Shown: piece after piece, positions 49,466-61,981 of the stretch | How positions within the stretch are numbered: the first letter of the stretch is position 1 | Layout of the letters: every line of letters starts with the position of its first letter | Assembly: GCF_001949145.1 (NCBI RefSeq) | Contig: NW_019091359.1 | Span: 827,838 to 891,837 of the forward strand | Source of the DNA: Acanthaster planci | Taxonomy: Eukaryota | Length of the DNA stretch: 64,000 bases | Direction: 5' to 3' | Made by a program: the position numbers and the translations under genes | The notes under the pieces: generated by a model | The model's input: only the letters and a program-made list of their open reading frames with translations | Told to the model about the DNA's origin: nothing | Database searches by the model: none

Positions 49466-52410
49466 GAAAAACTTCGAGTTAACTTAAGAAAAACCGATTA
49501 ATAGTCGACGTTTCGAGAATTGATTATGGTTTATTTATTAGTTCGTTTAACAATACCAAACTGCAAGTCAAAAAAACTAAAACCTGTGGTTTTTAATATA
49601 CAAGAAAAATTACAGCAATTTCGAATTTAAAGTACATCACATTTACTGCATAACCACAAAATACATTAGTGTAAAAAATCACAAAAATGAAATCTGACAA
49701 TTTTGTACAGCCATGAAAATCAAGAAAAAAAATAATTGGAACAAAAATACGTCAGTGTATATTTATTATATTTATCATACAAACCCGTTTTCTGCTTTTT
49801 TTTCAATCGAATGACTTTACTCTTTAGTGACAGATGAATGCTATACAGGGCATGCATAATCCAGTATGGGTCTGATATTGGCAGTATGTGTGTAGTGGGA
49901 ACACTGACTTTTTTGAGATTATGTAATATGTATAATTTTAGCAAAGCTCAGGAGACTATTCCAGAGATATCTAAATTCACTTTAAATCATTCTGAATTAT
50001 GATTCCCAGTAATTTTAAATGTGAAACCTGATGTAGGCTAGTCACGTTTAACACATGTATTTGAAAGCACAGGTTTTGGCACATCACGTTTTAAAAAAAT
50101 GTTCATCATACGTGTACTGAGACATTTTCATGGCTGGCTTAGGTAGCACATCATTTTGTTGACACCATCCTGAGAGATCATGAAGGTAAGATTACAACTA
50201 TTATTGATCCGCAAAGTAATGATCTCACCAAATGTCGGGTCTGAAACAATGCACTGCAGCATCATTGACAAGTATCACGAACAATAGGGCCCAGCTTTGT
50301 ACCCTCCAGCCTACCCAACTTTGTACCTCGCTGTGATGTCCCTGGTGCCCATCGCGCAAAACCAAGACCACGGGAAAGGACTGTAGTGATTCTGTCAGAA
50401 AAACTCATTTTCAATTTCTGAAAGGATTGGTGAATTTTTCTTAGAATCACTTGCATGCTTCAACTCTCTTTCAATGTATGAAACTGTTCGAAATCTTTTG
50501 GGAGTTCAGTTAATTGTACATTGCACTTTTCTAAGACATTCAAAATTGACCAGCTTCTCAAGATAATTGAGGGTGCTGTTATTGTCATGTGACACTGTTC
50601 AGGTTGCACGTTTTCAGGTTCGAATTTTGAACCCCAAACTTGCTCTCAGAAAACATTTCCGAGGAAAGGTTGCTCACTGGCTTATTGTCACATACTTAAA
50701 CAACAATAAATTATCAAAAGAAATGGAAAACTTAGATAGCGAAGTAAGGTGTAAAATATAGCAAAAAAAGTCCCCAAAAGATAGATAAAAATAAATAGCA
50801 AACCCGAAATTGAAAATAAGGTTGATTAAAACACAACGATGCAATTTCAAGGATTTTTAAAAATAGTCCGGTTCTGGTGGTCAAGGCTGCAAAAAATGTC
50901 GATTGAGCAAAAATGTTTTTTTATGTATGCGTAGGAAAATAATTAGATACTACTTTATATAGACAGTTGTGCTCCGCGAATGTAATAAACAGAGGAGTGA
51001 ACTTGTAGTGGCCTACTTGAATTTGGAGTTATATCGTTGGTTTGGTTAAGTTGCCAAGGTTGATTGACTGGTTCGGTGGAGAATGGCGAATTGGGGTAAA
51101 CTGACTTACTTGAGGTCAGAACATACAACAAACTGTATAGGGCCGGTTCTTTCCCCTCTGGATGACATATAATGGGACCGTATTACTCATTCGACATGTT
51201 TGCATTTGCTTATTTCCAAATGATACAAGTTCGCTCCGACCAACTTCCGTTGGGGCTTTTTAGAAACAAAGTATGAAATATAGCCTGTGGATCTTGGAAG
51301 ACTAAATTAGTTAATTTACCGGACAAGACAGAATACGTGAAATTGTGTTACTATAGTTTTGTATGAATTCTTGAAAATCTGTCTCAGAGCAAACAGGTAG
51401 ATTTTAGTTTGTGCAAAATTTTTTTAAAGTTCCCGTTTATGACTGTCATGAATTTGTTTTCTGTTTCAAGATGCTGTTTGTTTGCCAGCACAAAATACAT
51501 GCATATTCCATTCACTAGAGCGATTGGTCTGTGTAATCATGTAGGATAAATTATAATTGCATGCTTGGGTCTGTTCTTTGTCAATTGCCCCAGAGTGCGC
51601 CAACCCCAAAGGGGACACCTTTTGATGAATACATGTGTTTGTTTGTTTGTTTATTTGGTTTGGTTTTTTGTTGTTGGCTATATCGCTTTTTCCGCCAAAA
51701 GATAAGACTGCGAGATTGTGCGCATGACCATTACACCACCAGGCGCCGCCAACAATGTAATTACGCTAAACTGGGAAGGCAGAGCATGGACCTGTTGCTA
51801 TGCAACCGATTACAAAAACTCTATTATTCTCACAACTGTCGACCAACGTGTGTTCAATGGGTGAACCAGTGCTTTTTTCCCATACAAAAATCTTACGAAA
51901 GAAAATTGCTAGGCTATTGAGGGATGTATCGTCAGCACTTTGGCTGGCTAGCTTTGGTAAATAACCACTAATTATATATTATTCTAATTTTAATTGTGCA
52001 ATAAAAAATAATTCGAAAAACACATGAATGTCCATCCAAACAATAATTTTACATAAAGAAATGACTTTTAAAGAATGGTATCTACTGTCATCATGTACTC
52101 CGCTGATATTTTACAAACGTGTTCTTGGACATTGAATTAAACTCTATCAACACAAAAATAACTCATAATATCACAAAGATGCAGATGGTTTTCACGGAAA
52201 TTTATTATCATTTGAAAAATACCTTTAATTGCCTTTATAGGCATTTCATGGAACTTTTTCTCATAATTTCATGAACTGAAGGGAATATTATGTAATGCCA
52301 CTGTCATCAAGATATATTATGAAGATCTTTTTGGAGATCGTCGGCGTTTTTTTTTAAACAATGCTTATCATCCGCAACATAAATTCGTACAACATTCTAC
52401 ATCACCCATC

Positions 52411-52661
52411 TCCTTGAGTTTGGCGGCCATCCCTTGCTACTTCGCCCAGGAATCAGACCCGAACCAGGGGGCAGACTCCGCTGGCCGTTGTGCAGGCTAC
52501 TGCCACCGGTGAGGGCCGGTGCTCGTGCACCGGCCTCAGGCCGGCCTGGGGCCGTCAACGTGGTAACACCCGGAAGACCTCGCTAACTGTTCTACTCGTA
52601 CCGTCCACCGTTCACCGACCATCGATGCCCGATGAAGACCATCTTTAACTCGACTGTCAAC
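52411..52661 (+). pseudogene. Degenerate duplicate of the unknown-domain exon at 48032-48275
   Basis: Collinear similarity, including the donor and intron start (GTGAGAAC). Two 1-nt deletions, a 4-nt insertion and a TAA disrupt the frame; no AG acceptor and no SRCR partner seen. Confidence 0.85.
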
Positions 52662-55600
52662 GTGAGAACGGAAGTTTCCTACGAAATTCCAAATCCCCGA
52701 CATACAACAACCTTGATTTTTGCATATAGTTCAAATCGTGATCGAAAAATAATACACTCAAGTATTCACGAGCGTCCCTTAACCAATCAGAGACATCACC
52801 CCAATTTTTTTTTTGGGGGGGACGATATACCAAGCTGGAAAAAAGACCGTGGCTGCAATCTGTGCACCATTACAGTTGACAACTGCTTGAAATGTTGTAT
52901 GTTCTATTTTTACCATCGTCCGTCGTGTGTTGGCACTACTCTCTCTATTGCAGCTCTGACCCATAGCAGAGTTGATTTTTGAGAGAGCGCTGCGACATGA
53001 GTGTCTCGATTGTTGGAACCAAAATGGTGGATTATGCGTCAGTGTACATGGACATTATTACCATATGCAATTGGGGAGTCCGGAACGGGCTTACAGACCT
53101 ACAGCTGGGTCTATTTTCCAGCATATGCGGCAAGGTATGAGACGGAGAGAACCCCCCCCCTGCTTTGTGTTGGTTATTGTCTCGCAGGAATCTGGGGAAT
53201 TCCATTCAGAAATCTTGGGGCAATGTGTTAAGTAACAATAGTCTGGAATGTGTATAGGGATTGGACATGTTGGGGGGGGGGTACCCCTTGGTCTCATTTC
53301 TTGCTGGGTATAATTTCCAGTGGAGTGAAAACCTAGACCTAATTCTGGACAACAGCGTCGGATACAGCCTATACCACACACACAATAAACAGCCATTACT
53401 GGTCCCAAAGACTTAAGTTCGCGCCGCTCTCTCAGTACACAGTTCCAAAGACCATGCACAGACAAACAAACGCACAGACCGCCAGTCTTGCCCATATAAC
53501 CGTAATTTTGAAAAGTATGAGCAAACACTTGAAGAGGCGAATGATGATTGCCAGTGCACATTGTACAGCGCCCTCATTTGTCAAAATGTGCATCTCCTAA
53601 ATCTGACCTTCTGAAACCCGGACGTTGGTATCCTGCACCAGTTCATTTTGTTACATGACAGTAAATGAAGAGAGCGGCGAATCTACCGCTCCTCCAGATC
53701 TGCTGCACTGGTTTCCTTTTGGAGGTCTGCGAAGGTGCGGGTCTGTGAAAGTCTGTGAAAATTGGAATTCCAGAATGCTGATTCGGCTGGTTAGCAAAAT
53801 TAATATAATGGGAAGTCTTTAAGACGTTTAGTGGTGACACATGCGCCGATCATTTTTCAGTCAAGCTCATGTGCACGTGTTCGAATTATAAAGAAAGGAC
53901 TCAATTCGCGTTATACATATTCTGTGATAGGGTAGCAACGTAATTTAAAACATTGCTCTTCGAGCATTAAAGCTTTACAATCTGATGTTTTGGGTGTCAA
54001 TTTAGCACCAATTTTATGCAAATGGACACACCGTTCTTACAGCCCGTCGGCTGGCTTGACACGCCCTCAGAGTCTAGTGCGGGCAAGTGTGTCCCTGAAA
54101 ATGTTAACTGTGAATGAAAATATTACGACAAAGCCTTTTGGCAGTTTGAATAAAAGTTCCCAGATATCATGTACATGTAGCTGTTTCTTCATCCATACCA
54201 GGTTTTGCAGAACATTTGTTCATTCGAGACGGCCGAGATCTCCGGAGCAGGAATTCTCCCCTGCCTCGGCCATTAGTGGGCCCCCAAATGGTTAGACCTA
54301 CTATGATTGGGGTTAGTTCCAACCTCTCTCCTAACTTATTTTGGGGATCTGTCACTGGAAATAAGGTGAAATCAATATCCATCTGGGTGGGTGCAGGGAA
54401 TCTGGTTATGCACGATATGATGATTGTCCTGAACGTGTCACCGACCTCCTTCTAATCGCAGCGTGTATTTTAATTATGATAAAAATGACCGGACGAACCC
54501 AGCGGATTCCCCACAGTGACAGACGGACTGTCTTCTCGTCCAGACTGCTTGCGGGGGCCGTGGCCATCAATCAACGGTCGTGAGTCAACCAGTGGTCACT
54601 GCAAAGGCTAATCGTGGCGGCGTACAGAGAGGTTTCGTGCACATCCAGATGATTTTCAAGACATATCACGTGGTGCTGCCCCCAAAATTATTTTAAATAC
54701 ACTTCTTGTCAGTTCAACGTAATTGAACACCTTTTCAATGTACAATGGATGTGGTTTAAATTGAAGAATCGTCAGACTTTGGAAGCGGATGGTGCCATGC
54801 CCGACATGTCTGCAGTGGGCTTGTTTTTTTACTAGTTACAGCGCCCTCATGTGACGAGAACAGTGAGCGGCAACTCAAACACTGAACCTGGGGAAACTGA
54901 AAGCGTTTTAAACTGTTTGTTGAATTACTGATTAGTTTAATGGTTTAATCCAAACAGTTCAGTTATCAAAACATGAAAAGGTCTTCCTGTTTTTCTTCAT
55001 TTTTAGACAGTGGGGTATTATAAAATACACATGAAATGGCATAATTCGGTCACCAGTGCACATCCATGCCACTGATCTCCGATCCATGCTCCCGTCGGGC
55101 CTGTAAGTGACCAAAAGAGAGTCCTATTTCCCTTGACCTTCTTCCTCAGGCAAATAAAACCCTCTGCTGATCACTCACAGTCCCTCGAGGCGCATAGACG
55201 TGAACTAGTGACCTCATTGCCCCAGTCTAATAAGTATGGCTTTAGCAATGAACGCGGATTGTTCTCAGAGGCGTGTGCTAAAAGCTAATTCTTCTTTCCA
55301 TAAGATGTGCTTTTCAGATGCTTCATGTAAAACAGCTGATATTTTAGGATAATTATGTCATCATTATCGGTTTCATTTGTAATTCATTTTCACCAAAATG
55401 GTCACTACTGTGCCAAGCGCATGCACATGATTATATGGTCATTTGTTACCGTTACAACGCCCCCTTTATCATTACGCCGTGACTTTCCTATATGATTAAT
55501 ACAGATTTCCTTCTCCCCCGCATCCTATCCATTTTCGGGCGTAAATTTCCGGGCAGGTTCGATTAATATCTAATTTGTCAGTTCCATACAGGCCTATCTA

Positions 55601-57034
55601 GAATGATAAAGGTTTCCTCTCTATATTTCTTTCTCTGACCACAAACAGGTTTCTTTTTAAAGAAACCGTAGTTCATTTTAAACAAATGTTGGGCCGTTTT
55701 GTCTTCTTCCTTAGAAGACGCTCCATTGGGAAATACTCCATCTCTGGAGGGCGTAAGATGACCAAACGTCGAGACAACAGATCGAGTGATCAAGCTACAT
55801 ATCTTGAAATCAAGAGTAATCCGCCATGTAACATTTCTCACTCAGACACAGTCTGGTTGCCCCAGAAGAAAGATTTTCTACATGCTATAGTTGTGGGTTA
55901 TTTGAAGTTCACCTTCCGCAGCGTTTGTAAAACACGTACCTGTTTTGATAAGGGACGGGGGTAATTACTTCGAATCGACGGTCTGTGTCTATGACTCGTT
56001 TTTGAACGTCTTCGATCATACCTTGGCAGGTGAGCTCATGAACAAGATGACCTGGTTATAATTCCCATGCTTTCATCTGCTTTTCATTAAATGACTAACA
56101 TTTGTCCAAGAAATGTACTCGGCTGGCACTCTGGGACGAACTTCCTCGCGCGGCTAGCTATAGAACGGCTTCTGCTAGGGAGAACAGCCGGGGGTCATGA
56201 TGTGAGGTCAGAGGCCCGGTATCGCGCCTCCCTTAAAGGCATCCTCAGTGAGCATTTACCCAGGAACTTTGTCGACCTGCCGATCGACAAAGGGAGGGTT
56301 AATGTGAGGCATACCCAGTCGGTGCGAATAGGCCCATAAGATCCTCCCTGCAGCTTCGCAAGGTGTTCGTTAGTGCTAAGGTGTTAAATTTATTTCGTTT
56401 TTTCAGTTTGTTCCCGTTGGCCAAACTCGCCGCGAACGCCACACTGTCCCCCCTCCCCGATTACACTAAAAGTACCCGATCTACTCTGTCTTGCTGAATT
56501 AAGGGAATGCAAATATGCATTAAGCTTACAGTCAACCTAGCAGCGGCAGGCCTAAGAATTACACGGAACATAACACTGCATAGATTTACAGTTACCCATG
56601 ATGACGTCATCAGTTCTGCCCCACACAAGTGGAAAGGCTCTAGACATGCCACCCTCATTTGGTAACAAATCCTGGCTGCACGATCAGTCCTTACGAGACA
56701 CCTCGAACCCCAGCTGAGCGCTTTCCGGGAAAAAGTGAGAACAAGGTTGAAAACAGCCTTTACGCATATCTCCATCCTTGCAGGACGTTGGGACGGGCTA
56801 AGTTCGTTTGGGTTAGTGACGTAAGTTCACCGAGCCCTCATTTGATAAAGTTAAATTGTTCTGTTTGAATCATAATTGGAATTAACGCAAGGCCCATAGT
56901 GTCGTTCGTTCAACAGCATTCCGAGGAACAACTAGTGAGAGACTAAAAATGAACTTTTATTATTTACTAATTCCCTTGAAGGAGATGATTCAATCATGAA
57001 ACCGTGAGGGCGTTTTTATTGTTCCTGTCTCGCG

Positions 57035-57164
57035 NNNNNNNNNNNNNNNNNNNNNNNNNNNNNNNNNNNNNNNNNNNNNNNNNNNNNNNNNNNNNNNNNN
57101 NNNNNNNNNNNNNNNNNNNNNNNNNNNNNNNNNNNNNNNNNNNNNNNNNNNNNNNNNNNNNNNN
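57035..57164. other. Assembly gap (130 N)
   Basis: Run of N; TCTCGCG on both flanks. Confidence 0.99.
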
Positions 57165-57834
57165 TCTCGCGCAGACACACTAGCTAACTGCCACTTAAGG
57201 CCATGCACGACCGATGCTCTCTCAGTTGTCTGGCAGAATGAGACCCGTGTCGAGACTAAGTGGAAAACTCAAGAACAGGTTCCATTTAAGAACTTCTGGA
57301 CACCCGATAGTTAGGTTTTTGTGAAAAAAACATGCAGTTAAGTATAATGCAGAAATATAAATTAAACTTAATTATATAATCTCACAAGATCTTGCTCGAT
57401 AAGATAGTAGCTTTCTTGAAGGGGGTGGTTCAGAATTTTATTTGGGGGGCGGCTAGTTGGGGTTAGGTGAGTTTAAGCCAGCAGAGATCCCAACAACTGT
57501 TTTCATACGTTTCGTGCACTATATTCATGAAATTAGGAGCCTTCGCCCGTGATAATGTCACTCCGATGTCATTTGTAACATCCGGAATTCACGTCATGCC
57601 GTGGGTACATGTGAAAATATTTGACAATGAAACGAAGTCCTGCGTTGTAGCTCTGTTTCCGGCGTGGATTACCATGATCTTCCCTTATTAACGTGAAATT
57701 AAGTGGCTGGCAGCAACCCAAAGCCAGCAGCTTCGATCCCAACAACACTGCAGCGAAGCACAATCTATAGGGTCTTTCACACCATCGTTTTCGCCTATAG
57801 TGAAATGACGATGAGTCCAATGTTGACGTGAGGC

Positions 57835-58175
57835 AACAAGCCATTTGCGAGTTAATTTTGAAGGAAAACTGGTACACTGCGTTCTTTTAACTTCACATGA
57901 AATTTGAATTCTCCATAATAAAGATACTGTTGTTATACCTCGTGATTCGGGGCAAGCTTTTCCTTAGTTGTATAAGAGACGCCTTGCACTAATACAATGT
58001 TTATAATGGATGAGAAGAGGCACAGAGGAACCAGTCCATTCCAGAGATGGCGGTCGCTATGCGGAAGCTTGCCCCGAATAACGAGGTACAGCAACAGTGT
58101 CTTTAGTCTGGGAAATTGAAATTGTTGTGTTTATGTGCAATAAGATAACTCAATGACCATATTTTAATCAAATGA
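57835..58175. mobile_element. MITE family A, copy 2 (opposite orientation to 6015-6383)
   Basis: Same arms and internal segment (GGAACCAGTCCATTCCAGAGATGG) as the reverse complement of copy 1; right end degraded. Confidence 0.85.
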
Positions 58176-61100
58176 TGATGGGTCGGATCAAAAACAAGTC
58201 GAAGGAGCGTAGAGTTCACTCCGCGGTTCCGCACAGAGATTGGCCGATTCTGACAAGTAATGAATTTACTAATGTGCTGAATCCGTTTAGAACCCGTGTT
58301 GGATTCCTGCTTAGGACGGTAAGAGCGCGTCCGCACGAAGAGCAAATTAAAATCCTGTGAGGAAACCACAATCAGAGTGTTATTCTTCATGGTTTTTATC
58401 CTCTTTGCGGCTTTTGGAAGTACATTGCAGGTTTTGTGTTGTGTTGGTGCATCGTGCAAACGGCAAAATTGTGATTCCGAATTACAACGTGTCTACTCTA
58501 TAGGGGAAAAATCAATTCTTTATCAAACGTTTACTTTGATGTTACCCATGTGGGGAACATTACTGGAATCTTCCTCTGACCTAAAAAATACAAATTTAGG
58601 GGCCATTCAAATTAATCATTTTGTTTTAAGTTCGAGTTTTCTTTCATGCAAGCACCCTAGCCCAGTTTCTGGTGTGAAAATGTTACTTCACTTTTAATGC
58701 ATTACGTAGGAGATCGACCTTAGTAGATATCGGTACGCTCGTTAAATTCAGGTGGGAAAAAACAAGTTAAAAGAACTGAAAGGGCAATTTTAATTATATT
58801 TGTTGACCCATTTTTTTGGGGGGGGGAATCGAAATTTGAAAACACTGTCATGCAGAAACCGTGCTTCAAGAAATCCTCTGTATCATTTGCAGACAAACAT
58901 AATACAAGACGATAACCGCTGACCTAACCATGAACGGTAACGCCAGACTTCGCATTTTGGCTCAGCCAACAAACGAGAAATATGGCCAACTTGAAACCAG
59001 TAAACACTTCTAGTGGCGGGCAAATCATACCGTTTGTCAGCTCCAGGAACAGCGCAGACTGTGTTTGTGATTGGTGGAATGGAACGGCTGTCGGTTTTGG
59101 GTTTGGGCAAACAATGGCAGCATTTGTCGTGCTTATTGCAAAATGTTGATGCCGACTTTGGCGCGCGTTAACTACCATTTTTTTTTATTAACGAGAGGGC
59201 TTGGTGGTAACAGATGCTTTCCTTCCGTGTGATGTTGCGCTGACTTTACGGATGTGGAATCGAGTTCTTTACCAATAGCAGCGCAGATCCGGGGGGGGGT
59301 GTGTTTGAGAAGTCGACCCCCCCCCGCTCTGAGACAAAAAAAAAACAAAATCAGAAATGCAAAAAGTGGAGAAAATAAAAATGAAGACTTATAGTAAAGT
59401 AAAGTAAAGTTTTCTTCTGTGTATAGTAAACAAAATATGCTATAAGCCATGTAATGTATTCATTATCGTTTCCGTGTGTCGGAAAAAATGAGACATTAAG
59501 AAATCTCCGGCCTGGCCCGTCCCTGGCAATTTGTTAAGTATTTGCTTACTAGGACAGAGGCGTGGTAATAGTCTTAAACGGATCAGATGAAAATTGACGA
59601 TGTCCTAAATTATTCCTTGTTTTAAGATTGGACTGAAATGTTCGACGAAACTGTAGCCCTGACCTTTTTTATGGCGCTTGTCTTCACAAGATGCTTGACA
59701 AACATAAAGACAAACACAAAGAGATGCTAAAGATAGCAAAGGTCTCGTGATCTCAATTTAGTGACTTCACTGCGCGATGTTGCATAAGTAAAATGGAACG
59801 AGAGGGGAAGATTAAAAGGTGACATAATGATTGATCACAATACCAAGAGACGAAATGGAAAAATGCCCGCAGAGGCAGTTTAAGTTGTAAGGACTAGAAT
59901 TCAAGAAGTTGGAGAGCAGCTTTTAGTTTTTTTATTAAATACTTTTTAATTCTTTTTTCTAAAATGAACTACGGGTCCAACTGCAAGTTAAAACACTGCA
60001 AGATATGTCTGAGACAAAGCCTTATGGGTACATATTTTATATTTCTTTTCAGAAAAGGCATGTTCATATTTATGGGGTAAGGGAGGTTCATTCATTACGA
60101 AAATCTGGAATTTCCCGGCTTTTATTTTCTGATTTTGCACCATAAAAGTCAAAATTTACCGTTGACTACAAATGTCTTTATTCTTTTTACTTTTTTTCAG
60201 GTAAAGTTAATGAAGAAATAGTGATGTCGAATTTCAAAATATTCAAGCCACATTTCCTGGCTCTACCACTGATCGCAGCTTCAACGGTTTCCGCTTTTAT
60301 TACGGAACACCAGCACGGCACTGTAAATACACACAGTCGGCGGGTGCAGCATCATAGAAACAGGATGAGTCAATGTGACACTGAACTTGGGCTGGTTCGG
60401 TGCCCACCTTTTTCGAGTTAGAGCAAAACATTCCAGCCGCAAGACCGGCCTTGATTCCTAACTGACACAGACCGGGAATTGGACACGGATATCGGGGTGT
60501 CGCCTTTATGGTGCATTATCACTAGGTGTGGTTTCCCACAGAGGGAAAAATGTCAATTAAGTATCTTGGCTAAGTACACCAAACCAGGACATTACAATTG
60601 ATCTGTCGTCTACACATAATATACTGCAACATGTGATCAAAAGTAGAAACTTCTGCTAGAGAAAGGAGGCGTCACTGCATTGTGTTTGGGATATGTAGTT
60701 TTAGCCATGGTTAAAATGTCTTAATGAGACACGTTACCTTGATAGGAACTTTCTTACATTCTAACAAAAATGGACAGCTGGTCTTTGTTCGAGAAGTTGA
60801 TATGTCGCATGACGTTGTTCAAACGCCCACATTTTACACCTTGCTCATTAACCACAAGTTGAGGCAACGTCGTTGCAACGACGCTGTCTGACATTTGAAA
60901 GAAATTTTTAAAATTTCCTCTTTTATCTGTTCATCCGTAGTTTGATGGAAAATACTACGAAACTGCGAGGAAATATGTAAGTTTTATTGGAACGAAAAGC
61001 CATTGAGATGTTACAGAGATAAAGTTTCTCAATTTATCTCAATAAAAAGAAGGGGCACCTCGGATGGAAAAATTATCTGGCAAAATCAAATGCCTATTTT

Positions 61101-61339
61101 GTTTACATTTGCATGCACAAGATTTCTGAAATTTTCCCTTATCTTTTAAAAATTGGTTGTAATTTTTCCATTCAGCCGATGAAAAAAATTGACATTAATA
61201 GATTTTCGTGTGGGCAGTCCTCAGTGTGAAAATTCCTCTCCCTGTCTGTCACAGAATATCTTCTCAATATCACAGTAACTTCAGAAGTCATTCAGACTAT
61301 TACTAACACTATAAACAGCGAGCCCAGGTACTTACTGGT

Positions 61340-61877
61340 GCATGACGCGTGCCATCATGCATCGCCGTCGGCTGACACACACAAAGGCCCCGCCCACAGC
61401 ACTCAAACTGTGATCCAATCAGCACGCAGAATGATAATCGCAAACAGTAGAAAAAAATCTGAAAGACTCGACAACTCGTTATTTACGGTGCACGGCAGAA
61501 GGCATGGACGGCGACATGAAACCTCCGAAGTGCACGCACACGCATAGCGCGAGAGAAATCCTGCTCCATAAAAACCCCGGCGTGCCCGATGACTAAAGTC
61601 CGCTGCACTGGCAGTAAAAATGACATGTGGAGAGGGACCGACGCAACACCGCGAGTAGGCCTACCTACTCCGCACCGGTGCAACAGGGCTGTGGTCGAAT
61701 CCTACGGCGGGAACGGACGCGTGCTGCACTGTTCGTCCGAACACTTTTTCCGGCGGGATTCGATTCTTACTGATTCACAAAATCTGGATGCTTGGAGACA
61801 GTTTTTATTCTTTTCAAGCAGACCCACGGGACAAGTTGTAATATGACGACGTGGTGGGTTTGTACCGCTGCCCCACC
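61340..61877 (+). promoter_or_regulatory. CpG-rich promoter and 5' UTR of the Wnt9-like gene
   Basis: GC box GCCCCGCCC near 61387, CCAATCA near 61415 and TATA-like CATAAAAA near 61567, in order, upstream of the exon. Confidence 0.6.
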
Positions 61878-61981
61878 ATGAACTGGTACCCTCTTCGGCT
61901 GCTTTCTTTGTACTACTGGCTGGTACCCGGTCTGATCTTCGTGACTTTGTTGCGGCTACCAGTCGCCAACGGATATTTTGG
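61878..61981 (+). CDS. WNT9: Probable Wnt9 first coding exon, signal peptide (MNWYPLRLLSLYYWLVPGLIFVTLLRLPVANGYFG); remainder lies beyond the right edge
   Basis: CCACCATG context; hydrophobic leader ending in YFG with a phase-2 donor GG|GTAAGG. WNT9A/9B leaders end in YFG followed by LTG, with the first intron there. Assignment rests on this short motif only. Confidence 0.65.
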
